In this document: positions 26,531 to 39,121 of the stretch, one piece after another
Numbering within the stretch: the stretch's first letter is position 1
Layout of the letters: each line of letters starts with the position of its first letter
Assembly: GCF_006345805.1 (NCBI RefSeq)
Contig: NC_043002.1
Coordinates: 9,610,001-9,674,000 of the forward strand
Length of the DNA stretch: 64,000 bases
DNA from: Octopus sinensis
Lineage: Eukaryota
Direction of reading: 5' to 3'
Position numbers and translations under genes: made by a program
The notes under the pieces: generated by a model
Told to the model about the DNA's origin: nothing
Databases searched by the model: none
What the model saw: only the letters and a program-made list of their open reading frames with translations

Positions 26531-26744
26531 TTTAGCATTTAAACTGGCCATATCCAGTAACACTGTTCCACCTGGTTTCTTTTCAAATCAGCCAGATCCC
26601 ACCTTTCACATCTATCCTACATTGTCATTTTAAAAATCACATTATCAAAATCTCAAAGCTACAAGACAATGCATGTCTAATCCAAAACAATGTGAATAAA
26701 TAAACATTACATTTGGCAGAATAATCTGAATACTAAAGGGTTAA
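26531..26744. mobile_element. piggyBac-like (TTAA) MITE, family 2
   Basis: Ends ctaaagggTTAA; related in reverse orientation to 36814-37040. Confidence 0.6.
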
Positions 26745-26814
26745 AGTCCCTGGTGAAAGGCCCTCCCCCTCAAAGAATATGCTTTCATAAGTTACAGCTG
26801 AATCACTACCAGAA

Positions 26815-27030
26815 CTAGAGAAGTTTCAGGTGTGGAAGCAAGGTCTAGAATAAAAGGGATTTAGAGTTAATCTAGCAAAAACCCAAGTCTTAGTAAGACA
26901 AAGCAGACAAATCACAAATCCCCTGAGGTAGATAGCCCTGCTCAACCTGTAGGAAAGGCATAGGTAGAATTTCCGCAAGTTATGGACACTTAAGAGGTGC
27001 AACAATATCAAAGGAAGGTTAACAGAGAAA
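26815..27030 (+). mobile_element. RTE ORF fragment (post-RT, Cys-rich region)
   Basis: QVWKQGLE*KGFRVNLAKTQVL...PCSTCRKGIG, homologous to 45310-45500. Confidence 0.75.
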
Positions 27031-28719
27031 ATAGTTTGTGTGTGTGTGTGTATGCAAGGTGTACATGTACAACAAACACTAAAAATGTACAGAAAACATT
27101 TTTAGTGAAAAAGAGGGTTGTAACCTTATTTTTGCTATTGTTGTTGTTATTGCATCTAGGGAATTTATGGACCTTCATTATTGCTTTTCAGTAATTACAA
27201 TTTCATTATTGTTAATTGCATTTTAAGCTCATTAATTCTACAGAACTGTTTAAGAGGCTTATATGCTTCTGATTTTTTAGCTGATCCAACTTGATTTGTT
27301 CAAGTACATAAAAGGTGATGTAAAAACAATAGGTCTGTAGAACCTAATATTCTGTGTTATAAAATGATCCCTACCTGTAGAATAGGTGTCATCTTGAATA
27401 GCAGCTTTCAGGTAGCCTTGATTTGAAGCTGGGATTCTCTTGTCTTTTGTCTAGGCAAAGAGAATATAAAATAATTCATTGGCTCAATTGCAACTATATC
27501 CTAGATGTAAAGCCATTCTGTAAAACACATTCTGTGAAGACTTTTGAATCAGATTAAATGTTTACCCAAGGCAGCCTTTTTAAAGTAGGAGACTGTTATA
27601 TGCAAAGGAAGAGATTAAAGAAGTGAAACTAAGAACTGATTTGTTGGTGTCGCTAACACTGATATCATTGTTACAGGTTCTGTGATCCAGTTCAGCATTC
27701 AGTAAATGAATATAGAATTCAGTTTCTCTCTGGTAGATTAAACAATATCAGCATTATGGAAAACTATGGTCATCATACGTTGTAGTCGTTAGTTTTTTTT
27801 TTTATACACAAAAAGTGCTGGTTGTAACATTTCATTCATATTGAGGCTCTAAGGAAAGAAAGAAGTAATTGAGTTGCTGTTAACAGCGTGATGGCCTCTT
27901 AGATAAATAATCAAGTTGTCCTAGGTTTGGTCCCACTGGGCAACATCTTGGGTAAGTGTCTTCTATTATAGCTGTTGGTAGAAGCGTTAGCACGCTGGGC
28001 GAAATGCTTTGTGTTATTTCGTCCGCTGCTGCGTTGTGGGTTCAAATTCCGCTGAGGTCGACTTTGCCTTTCATCCTTTTGGGGGTCGATAAATTAAGTA
28101 CCAGTTACACACTGGGGGTCGATGTAATCGACTTAATCCCTTTGTCTGTCCTTGTTTGTTCCCTCTATGTTCAGCCCCTCGTGGGCAATAAAAAAAAAAA
28201 AATTATAGCTGTTGGTTGACCACTGCTTTATGTGAGAAATTTGATAGAAGAACCGTGTGAAAACCATGTGAGAGAGAGAGAGAGAGAGAGGGTGGGCTGG
28301 ATGAGTTTTCTCTGGCATAGCATCTTAGCACTTGTTGGGTCTTTGTCATTTCTTTCATAAGTTTCAGTCTTCTGAGAGCAGCCTTCACCACTTCTCATGT
28401 TTTCTTTGTTTTTTTTCTCTTCTCTCTATGCTTTTCACTTGGTTTGTGTGACACTTTTTTTTTCCTCCAACTGCTTTCTTTCACATGCATCCATACATGT
28501 CCGTGTCGGCTCACTCCTCTCTCTGCTGCATTACATTTAATTTCTCTCAGCTCATTTTGAGCTCTGTCATTCATACTGCTGGTACATGCTCAAATCATTT
28601 TTTCCCAGTGTTTACACATCTTCCCCATTCATTGCTCATGTTTTGTTACCATGCATCATTGCATTTCACATACCAGCTTCATTATTTACCCTTCAGCAGC
28701 CAACTGGCTTCCATACTCA

Positions 28720-29250
28720 TGGCACGTAAAAGGGCACCATTCGAGCGTGATCGTTACTAACGTCGCTTCACTGGCACCTGTAAAAAGATTCGAGTGAGGT
28801 TGTTGCCAGTTCCGCCTGACCGGCTTCCGTGCTGGTGGCACGTAAAAGGGCACCATTCGAGCGTGATTGTTACCAATGTCGCTTCACTGGCACCTGTAAA
28901 AATATTCGAGTGAGGTTGTTGCCAGTTCCGCCTGACCGGCTTCCGTGCTGGTGGCATGTAAAAGGGCACCATTCGAGCATGATCGTTACCAATGTCGCCT
29001 TACTGGCACCTGTGCTGGTGGCATGTGTAAAAGATTCGAGCAAAGTCGTTGCCAGTACCGCCTCCTGTGCAGATGGCACATAAAAAGCACCCACTACACT
29101 CTCGGAGTGGTTGGCATTAGGAAGGGCATCCAGCTGTAGAAACTCTGCCAGATCAAGATTGAAGCCTGGTGCAGCCATCTGGTTTGCCAGCCCTCAGTCA
29201 TACGTCCAACACGTGCTAGCATGGAAAGCAGACGTTAAACGATGATGATG
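28720..29250 (+). mobile_element. RTE 3' UTR with higher-order module array
   Basis: Repeated tggcacgtaaaagggcaccattcgagcgtgat(c/t)gttac modules, then the terminal segment and (GAT)n. Confidence 0.85.
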
Positions 29251-30849
29251 AGTGAGAGAGATACTCTTTGCTGCCAGCAGAGATAACAAATAGTTCTGAA
29301 ATAGTCCCTGAACATTTTCTACCTATTTCTTAATCTAGGAACTGTGCTTTCAGAACACCTTTCATTACTAGTTTGGTCGCATAGGTTTTGAAAGCCAACA
29401 GCTACTTCTTTGGAGGTTTGCATGTTTTGAAAGAATTTATTTTATTGGTGTACTTATGGACTTGTTATGCACGAAACACTTCTTTTCCGTTTTGCTGCTT
29501 GTGATCCCACTGCATTGCTCTCTCCCTCTCCCTCCCTCCCTCCCTTATCGATATTTATTGGACTCTCTTATCACTTCAATAAATGAGGGTTCAACCGGAC
29601 ACAGCTGCACAATGTTCTTAACTTGATGTGGGAATTCATATCTATCCAGGATTTGTAAACTTTGCTGTAGAAGCCTCCATTATTTGGGAGTAGATTGAAC
29701 TCGGTTCTTTGTTGAGCTCTTTTACCTTCGGAGTCTTGATCCTGGCTGCCTCAAAGCTGGAAATGTTAGGTAGCAACAGCTTCTCCACTGAGCTTTATCT
29801 AAGGCCTCTGATTCTCATGTCTTCAGGTATATCTTATAGATTTTAAAACAGGTTTTTAGAGTGTCCTTATAATGAAGCAGTGGGCCAAGCACCAGAGCTA
29901 AGTTGACCACAGAGTAGGGTTTTAGGTAGCCAAGTGTTTTCCATGCATACCACATGGCCAACCCACCTCAGTTGCACTTAGATTGTCGCGTCTTGCAAGA
30001 ACCCCTGTGATGGGGACTTTGTCCTGTCATTTGATGTTGCAAATTAAACAAAGGCAGCAAAGATGGAATGAGCCTAGCCATTTAATATAGTATTTGTATT
30101 TATATTCGTGTGGCATCATCCGTTTTTCTGTCCTTGTTTCGTATACATTCGATCCTTTTTCCAAGAAATCTAATGTTCGTAGCTTAGTTTTTCCTTGGGG
30201 CTGGCCGGATCAGAGCAATCTCAATCCGGTTCTTGACTGAAGATTAGAGGCTTCGAATGACCCGTCCGTTTTTTGTGTCGTCTATTTGAGTGTTTTGCAT
30301 TCTTGTCCCATTTTGTATTTTTATATATATTTTTTACACACACACATCATCGTCATCATCATCATTTAACGTCCGCTTTCCATGCTAGCATGGGTTGGAC
30401 GGTTCAACTGGGGTCTGGGGAGCCCGAAGGCTGCACCAGGCCAGTCAGATCTGGCAGTGTTTCTACAGCTGGATGCCCTTCCTAACGCCAACCACTCCGA
30501 GAGTGTAGTGGGTGATTTTATGTGCCACCGACACAGGTGCCAGACGAGGCATATGTATGTATGTATATATTCTTGTGTGTGTATATATTATATATATATA
30601 TATGTGTGTGTATATATGCATCCCAGCGTTGACCCTTTGTTACGGCCTGCAAGCACATTGTATTATTTGCTCATTTCTTATGGGCAGAATGGGCACAGCT
30701 GATACATATTTAATGGAATAAAGGAAGTTATTTTTTGTTTATCAGTGAAATGTGAGGGTATAACTTCAGACTTTTCAATATGCTACACCATTAGTTTTAA
30801 ATTGATATTAATAAAATTAATATTCAATTTTAAACTCTTATTATTTTAA

Positions 30850-30914
30850 ATTTCAATTTACATGTATATATAGAGAGAGAGATGTATATATATATGTATA
30901 TATATATAGAGAGA

Positions 30915-30950
<36 letters not shown>

Positions 30951-31160
30951 TGTATATATATATATATACACACACACACCTGTATATATATGGATGTATA
31001 TATATACTTGTATATATATATGGATGTATATATATACTTGTATATATATATAGATGTATATGTATACATGTATATGTATAGATGTATTTCTATAGATATA
31101 GATGTATATGTATACATGTATGTGTAAATGTATATATATATATATATATATATATGTACA
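30850..31160. repeat. (TA)n/(TG)n low-complexity tract
   Basis: Interspersed TA runs with recurring gatgta units. Confidence 0.9.
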
Positions 31161-32029
31161 AATGTCCTGAAAGTGTGGCTCAAAAAGTACCCAGTTTACA
31201 CTAAGGTGGATGGCATTAGGAAGGGCATCCAGCCATAGCAACCATGTCAAAGATATTACTGGAACTTGGTGCAGCTCCATGGCCCACCCAGCCCATGCCA
31301 GCATGGAAAATAGACATTAAATGATGATGACACTTGCAAATATAACTTACCCTCTACATTCACAAACATAGTTTTACTTTTCACATCTCCAGCATTTTTT
31401 TTCCCATTAAAATCGTGCCCACCTTTTGGGCTCAACTGATCTACATGTGGTGCAGATTATTCATGAACTCTAGACCTGGACCTCTTTTATTATAATGGCA
31501 TCAAAGAGTCTTTTCAATAAGGTTTCTATACTAATAGTAATTTTACTTCTACATTAGAAATATATCAGTAGCTTCTAGATTCAGGCTTTCTTTTATGGGG
31601 TCTTGTAATCAACAAATAGGAAATCTGTTCACACAGTGAATTCTATGTGTTTTGGCACTCTAAATGTTATCATGCTGTTGTGCATCTGGCATGGTAACCA
31701 GTTTGGCTGGGTGCAATTCGTCTAATCTTATAAAGCATAAGGGAGGAGACTAAAAGTAAAGTGATGCTGATATTATAACATCTTCTCTCTTTTCCCTCAT
31801 AGACACTTTTACTATATGGCAATTTGACAATATTTTTACTAACTCATATGTTGTTTTCTGCACATACCTTAGTTTGCCCAAATCTCAACAACAGGTACCA
31901 GATCCCTTGATGGAGTCTTTACATCTGTTAGCTTGATAACCTGAGCAGCGGGAGAGTTCTCTGTTGTCGGCTTAATGACACAAAATGAACTGACTACAAA
32001 TCCTTGACATCGCATCTTTACTTAAAATT

Positions 32030-32262
32030 TATGTTCTTTTATTCTTTCTTTTACTTGTTTCAGTCATTTGACTGCGGCCATGCTGGAGCACCGCCCCCAG
32101 TCGAGCAATTCGATCCCGGGACTTATTCTTTGTAAGCCCAGCACTTATTCTATCGGTCTCTTTTGCCGAACCGCTAAGTGACGGGGACATAAACACACCA
32201 GCATCGGTTGTCAAGCAATGCTAGGGGGGCAAACACAGACATACAAACACACACACACACAC

Positions 32263-32294
<32 letters not shown>

Positions 32295-32468
32295 CATATA
32301 TACGACAGGCTTCTTTCAGTTTCCGTCTACCAAATCCACTCACAAGGCTTTGGTCGGCCCGGGGCTATAGCAGAAGACACTTGCCCAAGATGCCACACAG
32401 TGGGACTGAACCCGGAACCATGTGGCTGGTTAGCAATCTACTTACCACACAGCCACTCCTGCGCCTAT
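32030..32468 (-). mobile_element. SINE family B, full length
   Basis: Head to GGCGGTGCTCCAGCATGGCCGCAGTCAAATGACTGAAAC tail. A 3' half also lies at about 47487-47730(-). Confidence 0.9.
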
Positions 32469-32578
32469 GTGTTGCAAATTCTTTATTTTTATGTTCCAGA
32501 CTTCTCTGGCTGGTATTTCATTGCTTTAGCAAGATAATGATCAGAGACACTTAGGTCTTGAGTCCTGCTATAGTTACC

Positions 32579-33244
32579 TTAGCCCTTTCGTTACCAACCC
32601 GGCTGAAATCAGCTCTGGCTCTGAGTTCAAATGTCTTGTTTTCATAAGTTTTGAATTAAAATCTTCCAACAAACCTTAGTCACAATTTATGTTCCTAACA
32701 CCAGCTGAATGATAACTAAGTTATTTTACTAAATTATTTGTGATATTTAACGTAATTGAAAGAAACACAGAGCATCTCAAAATAAATACGATAACAAAAG
32801 GGTTAAGAAGTATAAAAAGTAAAAAGAAAAAATAGATTAATTTAGAGTTTTAGTGTAGATTTCAGTATTTCTTACATACATAGACTTTTACATCCTGAAA
32901 AACCCTTCTCCCACATCTGACTTTAATGTTGATTTTCCAATAGATTAGGAAACTTCTTTAGTCTTATGTAAGAGGAATAGTAATATAAAAAATAATTTGT
33001 TTATTTCATCACCATTAACCCTTTTCATTACCGTATTTATTTTGATATATTCTGTGTTTTTTTCAATTAACTTTAAATATAACAAAGAATTTAGAAAAAT
33101 AACTTTGTTATCATTCAGCTAGTGTTAGGAACATAAATTGTGTCTAAGGTTTGGTGAAAGATTTTAATTCAAAACTTAGGAAAACAAGACATTTGTACTC
33201 AAAGCAAGAGCCAGTTTCAGCCGGGTTGGTACTGAAAGGGTTAA
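32579..33244. mobile_element. Two piggyBac-like MITEs in inverted orientation (32579-32806 and 33015-33244)
   Basis: Termini TTAA-CCCTTT(C/T) ... AAAGGG-TTAA; internal sequences are reverse complements of each other. Confidence 0.8.
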
Positions 33245-34404
33245 GAGAATGAACAGATCTGAAAAGGAAAAAAAAATTCTTGATTCAACTTTGATTTTTG
33301 CTATTTGTTAACATTTCATTAACTAAATGATTTCTTATAGTTTAGTGTTGATGTAGTCTTATTATATTATGCCACTTTATCTACAAACGCATGCATATTC
33401 TCAGACACCACTTGCCTCTCAGTGCATAGACATGTTGAGACCAGAACCTTTAATGGATGTGAAATCATAAACACCTGTTTCTCCTGTTAAACAGAGTTGT
33501 ACCAGGGAGCTCTCTCAAGTTTACAGAGAAGATAGTCCTCTGAGAATTGATATTCATGAACCCGTTTTATCACCATTCCTGTGGGTCACCAAATCTTTGA
33601 GGGATCAAGAACAACTGCCTCATAAAGTAAAAGACATGGTGGCCTGTTGGGATTGGGAAAAGTTACAGTTGTTGTTTAGAGATATACATTCCAAAATTCC
33701 TCCAATAAGATTTCAGGTTGGTGAAAAGCTGTTTATTTCACTGCTAGTGAATGCTTTGGCTATCCTGTAACCCTAGAGTTATTAAAATTCATAGCATTAT
33801 TATTTTTTTTTTGGTTCCATCCCAATTATTTAAACAAGAATTTGTTGAATTTATTCTTAAAATATTTTTTGTTGTTGTACATTTTTTCCCTAAGTTGCTT
33901 TTTATTTTGCTAGTAACTACATATACAGTTACCCCAGTCTAGTTGTATAAAGTAATTATAGCAAATTTTGTACTGCATCTTGCTTTAACATTGCCAGAAC
34001 ATGTAGCTGGTAAATATTTCATTTATTCAATGTAACGGTGCTTCTTGATTGATTTCTAGGCTTATATATTTGTAATTGTCAATGTAATAATGGTACTATA
34101 TAAGAAATTTAGATTCATTTGGGCATGTGAAATTCTGTAGAGTAGTTCCAATTAATTTAAATATCTTTTTATGGAATTATTTAGCATTGTTCTTTTATAG
34201 TGGATAAAATAATTAAATTACAGAGATGTACTTGCATGGCAAGTGTTTCAACCTGACATTGTATGTTGAAACTAAAACGACCACAGCATGGAAGACACGC
34301 ATTAGTCAGTCAGGAACATACAAAGACTTTTAACTTCACTTGAACATTTATTGATTCTAATATCAAATCAAACCAAATCAAATCAGATATCAGAAAGCAG
34401 AACC

Positions 34405-34890
34405 AAAATTGAAGTCGATCAACATCAATGGAAATTGCGGCTGTGATACCAGTGCCGGTGACAAGTAAGCGAACCATCCGATCGTGGCCGTTGCCAGCAC
34501 CGCCCCAACTGGCCTCCGTGGCGGTGGCACGTAAAAAGCACCATCCGTTCGTGGCCGTTACCAGCCTCACCTGGCCCCCGTGCCGGTGGCACGTAAAAAG
34601 CACCATCCGTTCGTGGCCGTTGCCAGCCTCGCCTTGCCCCCGTGCCGGTGGCATGTAAAAAGCACCATCCGTCCGTGGCCGTTTGCCAGTTCCATCTGGC
34701 ACCTGTGTGGGTGGCACGTAAAAAGCACCCACTACACTCACGGAGTGGTTGGCGTTAGGAAGGGCATCCAGCCATAGAAACACTGCCAGATCAGACTGGC
34801 CAGGTGCAGCCTTCTGGCTTCACAGACCCCAGTTGAACCGTCCAACCCATGCTAGCATGGAAAGCGGACGTTAAACGATGATGATGATGA
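34405..34890 (+). mobile_element. RTE 3' UTR with 4-5 variable modules
   Basis: Repeated ggtggcacgtaaaaagcaccatccg(t/a)tcgtggccgtt(g/a)ccagc with differing middles. Confidence 0.85.
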
Positions 34891-35328
34891 ATATGGTATC
34901 CAAATTCACATTGCTCCAAACTGCAACCTGGTTGCTGACAATGTTTCTCAATAAATGTTTAAGCAAAGTTAATCGTCTGTGTGTCCCTGAATGGCTAATA
35001 TGTGTCTTACATGCTGCAAAATAAATTTTGGCTGAAAATAAATACAATATTGTAATCCACAATGTGTCTATTAAATAAATTAGATAATTACTTTTAATTA
35101 GTGACAATAATAATTTGATTTAGTAAGTTTTTTTATGCTAAGTACAAAAATGGCAGTTTACCTGATTGAAATCTCTTTGTTTTGCTGTTTAGCTTTCATT
35201 GTGTATTTGATGTTGTCAGTTAAAAGAAGAAAAAAAAAAAAAAGAAAATAAAGAAAAAGACCCCCCCCCTACTTCCCCTGCAAGGAATAATCATAACAAC
35301 AATGGTTGTACCTTTTATTTTTCCTCAG

Positions 35329-35478
35329 GATGAAACCGATTCTGGTTACAGATCAGGTCCAATTCCGGATGAGATTTTACCAAAGAAAGAACCAAGTGAA
35401 GCAACACTCAACCGGGAGGAGCTTCAAAGTAAATTACAAGAATACAATAACAACGTTCCCAATGCGAATCTCGCTCTA
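35329..35478 (+). CDS. RASSF1: Internal exon of the RASSF-like gene (DETDSGYRS...LQSKLQEYNNNVPNANLAL)
   Basis: Acceptor tttttcctcag|GAT and donor CTA|gtaagt; 150 nt, phase 0-0, compatible with the previous exon. Resembles the RASSF1 pre-RA segment EIEQKIKEYNAQINSNLFMSL. Confidence 0.9.
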
Positions 35479-36813
35479 GTAAGTTTCCTTCACTTAACGT
35501 ATTTGTTTCCATTTTTTCATGTTTTATAAAAATAAAATAGTTTCCTTATCAGTAAAGGGAAGATCACTAGTGTTTGCTTTATGTGACATCATAATGATGT
35601 CACATTTGCAAGGATTTAACAATAAACCATGGAAAACAAAAGATTTGCATTGCTTTTTCAAAGGGATAAGTATGGATAATTCCATATGAAAAATACGGAA
35701 ATATTTTTTGTAAGACGGATGTGATATGCATAATTTCAATGTGAGGTAAAACTTTGTTAATTACTGATTTAAAAAACAAAATTTTAAGTAGCTGTAGCTG
35801 ACGTCCTGTTAGCAATTTACATTTTATTTTCTTGACAATGCTATATATTAAAATTAAATATCAAAACTTTCTAGAAAAAATTGAGGTCATCAATGGACTT
35901 TGATATTGTTAGTAGTGATGTACCAATGACCGTCCAAGATGATTATAAAAATGATGAAATGTTAATAATTCATTTAGTTCAAAGCTAACGGATTTGCGAC
36001 TGGTGACTGACAGTCTCTGTGGTATTGAGACTAATTATAATTCCATTTTGGTTAGAGTCCTAACCAGGTTACACTATTGATATCGGTTCTATTGGCTAGA
36101 TGTATGGAGTTTGGAAAGTGGTGTATAGTATCTTGACCTAGTAATGGACTAATTGGCTGAGAGCCAGAACCAATAAGCATTCCAATGAATTAAAACCAGA
36201 TTTGATTTTAGAAACAACACAAAGCAAAACACCTATTATGGTATTGTCTGAGAGAGAACCATATGGAAAACACATTAGTGTGGAGATGATGTGGAATGTA
36301 AGGATAATAATGGCCCATGGGGAAAGCTAATATTGACTATCAATTTGTTTTTCAAGCTTATGCAGTTTTTTAATGAATGTAGAGTAAAGATTATTGTTGA
36401 ATGATGTTTGAACTAGTATTACTGGTGTTGTTATTTTCAGCCAATAAAAGATGGTAAAAACTAGTAATCATACATGAAATATTTTTCCTCCCTTTTTCAT
36501 GCATAAATGGCAGAGGCATGTGCGAAATTTAAAAACGTGTGTGTGTGTGTATTCACATGTGCACTTGTGTTTGAGTGCGTACTGGCCTATAGCAATCCTC
36601 ATAAAGATGCCATCTTTATGTCACATATCTACATAAAGGGTGAAACAATCTTTAGCCTATCTTTCTCCGGGCTATAGAGAGGGATTTGAGTTCACCTGTA
36701 ACAAGGTAACAAAACGTCCTCACACCAGTGAGTTGCGCCTCCTTTTGGTGCCTATGTATAGCTTGGTGATTTAATCTAACAAGAGTGAAATGATGTATTT
36801 CTAGACATTGTGC

Positions 36814-37040
36814 TTAACCCTTTAGTGTTCAGATTATTCAATGAAACATAATGCCTATTGATTCCCATTGATTTGAATTAATCATGCATTATCTCATATC
36901 TTCAAGATCTTGATGGTGCAATTACTTAATGTAGAATAACATTGTAAGGTAGGTGTGAGGGCCTGGATCTGGTCAGTTTGAACATAAAACAGATTAAATA
37001 TTTTGGCCGGATATGGCCTGTTTAAATACTAAAGAGTTAA
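36814..37040. mobile_element. piggyBac-like MITE, family 2
   Basis: TTAAccctttagtg ... actaaagagTTAA. Confidence 0.7.
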
Positions 37041-37559
37041 GGAAGCTGACAATCCATCAACCCAGGCTCCATAAACACTAAAAAAAAATTTTTTTAAATT
37101 AATCTATTGGCACCAATAGTTAGATTAAGGTACACAGTGAACCTTTGTTTCAGAATAGAATTATTGGTTATGAATTGAAATATTAAACTAAATAATGGTT
37201 AGTATTGCCATGTCATTGACGCTTGGGTTTTGAGAATTGCTTCTTTTGCCATAACATTTCTGCCAATAAAATAATCTGTATTAATTCTTCGCCTTCAAGC
37301 TATTTCTTTAATTCCTTAACTTTGGAGTGTTTTTTAAAGAAAGCGGAAAGGTATCTTTAATAAAACAATGTTTACATGTTGTTTAGTTAGAGATGTAAAT
37401 TGCTATATACTCTCATATTAAACAAAATGGTAGAATAATAAACATTTAGCAGGTCCTTCTTAGATTCAGTATATTGAGAATGTTTTGATTTGGGAAAGAA
37501 AAAATGGAAATTAGTTTTAATAACATGAAACTGTTTAATTATATGTAATTGAGTCTTAA

Positions 37560-37976
37560 GAAGGCGGCGAGCTGGCAGACACGTTAGCATGCTGGGCGAA
37601 ATGCTTAGCGGTATTTCATCTGCCGTTACGTTCTGAGTTCAAATTCCGCCGAAGTCGACTTTGCCCTTCATCCTTTCGGGGTCAATAAATTAAGTACCAG
37701 TTACGCACTGGGGTCGATGTAATCGACTTAATACCTATGTCTGTCCTTGTTTGTCCCCTCTGTGTTTAGCCCCTTGTGGGTAATAAAGAAATAGGTATTT
37801 CATCTGTCGTTACGTTCTGAGTTCAAATTCTGCTGAGGTAGACTTTGCCTTTCATCCTTTAGGGGTCGATAAATAAAGTACCGGTTCACACTGGGGTCGA
37901 TGTAATCGACTTAATCCGTTTGTCTGTCCTTGTTTGTTCCCTCTATGTTTAGCCCTTTGTGGGCAATAAAGAATAA
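37560..37976 (+). mobile_element. Dimeric SINE family A insertion
   Basis: A full copy plus a 5'-truncated copy within one 20-bp TSD, tatatgtaattgagtcttaa. Confidence 0.85.
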
Positions 37977-38601
37977 TATATGTAATTGAGTCTTAACAAA
38001 TCCAAACCAGTAATGAATGTATGGTAAATAAAACCACTGAACCAGTCAGCACATCAAAATTAGGAATATTTTTAGATGCATTGGGCTTAAAAAATGTTAA
38101 CTTGTATATCAAAATTGATGACACTCAGTGGAAGATACCAGTAGATTCATAAAGAATGAACCATTGTGGAGGTATGTGAGAAAGTTTGGTTTTTAGTAGA
38201 TTGAGAAATGGCATTTTTGTTAAGTAGATTGGGTGAAAGAAATTCTTTTTTTAATTTGTAGCATAGTGTTTTGATGAAGTATACATTTATATTGCAATGC
38301 CTCATTTTGCCTGATTGTTAATATATGCCATTCCTGCTTTGATAGTCAAGAAGTTAGCAGCAAGAAGAGTATAATTGTTCCTAAAGTATGTGGATGCCCA
38401 AATTTGGAATACTATAGTAGACTAGTGAAAATTAATATGAAACATACTGTGGAGAGAAGCAGGAGGCCATGTACTTTGCAGGTTGTCTTTAACTGAATAG
38501 GAGTCAGAGTAACAGTAATTGGATGAGGTTAGGTTTCATTGATGTTTGGTTTGAATTATCATTGTTTGGTACATAGGTCATCTTACTAAAATATTCATCA
38601 T

Positions 38602-39121
38602 CGTTCGCCAGCCTCGTCTGGCACCTGTGTCCGTGGCACATAGAAAAAATAAAACCATCCGAGCGTGGACGTTCGCCAGCCTCGTCTGGCACCTGTGTCC
38701 GTGGCACATAGAAAAAATAAAACCATCCGAGCGTGGCCGTTCGCCAGCCTCGTCTGGCACCTGTGTCCGTGGCACATAGAAAAAATAAAACCATCCGAGC
38801 GTGGCCGTTCGCCAGCCTCGTCTGGCACCTGTGTCCGTGGCACATAAAAAAAATAAAACATCCGAGCGTGGCCGTTCGCCAGCCTCGTCTGGCACCTGTG
38901 TCCGTGGCACATAAAAAAAATAAAACCATCCGAGCGTGGCCGTTCGCCAGCCTCGTCTGGCACCTGTGTCCGTGGCACATAAAAAAAATAAAACCATCCG
39001 AGCGTGGCCGTTCGCCAGCCTCGTCTGGCACCTGTGTCCGTGGCACATAAAAAAAATAAAACCATCCGAGCGTGGCCGTTCGCCAGCCTCGTCTGGCACC
39101 TGTGTCCGTGGCAGATAAAAA
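38602..39121 (+). repeat. About 7.7 copies of a 68-bp unit within an RTE 3' UTR (terminal segment continues to 39295)
   Basis: Units start at 38602, 38670, 38738, 38806, 38873, 38941, 39009 and 39077; nearly identical. Confidence 0.95.

Noticed and set aside
30236-30270. CTGAAGA...GAAT...GTC
   Set aside because: GAAA is broken and the helices are unsupported.
30830-31304. Long YI-repeat ORFs
   Set aside because: Translation artefacts of TA microsatellites.
38602-38670. HDV-like ribozyme in the UTR module (gccagcctcgtctggc resembles P3/L3)
   Set aside because: I could not find matching P1, P1.1 or P2 pairings.
38602-39121. CRISPR array (also 34405-34740 and 28720-29100)
   Set aside because: Eukaryotic intron with no cas genes; the spacer-like parts are homologous to each other and embedded in a LINE UTR.
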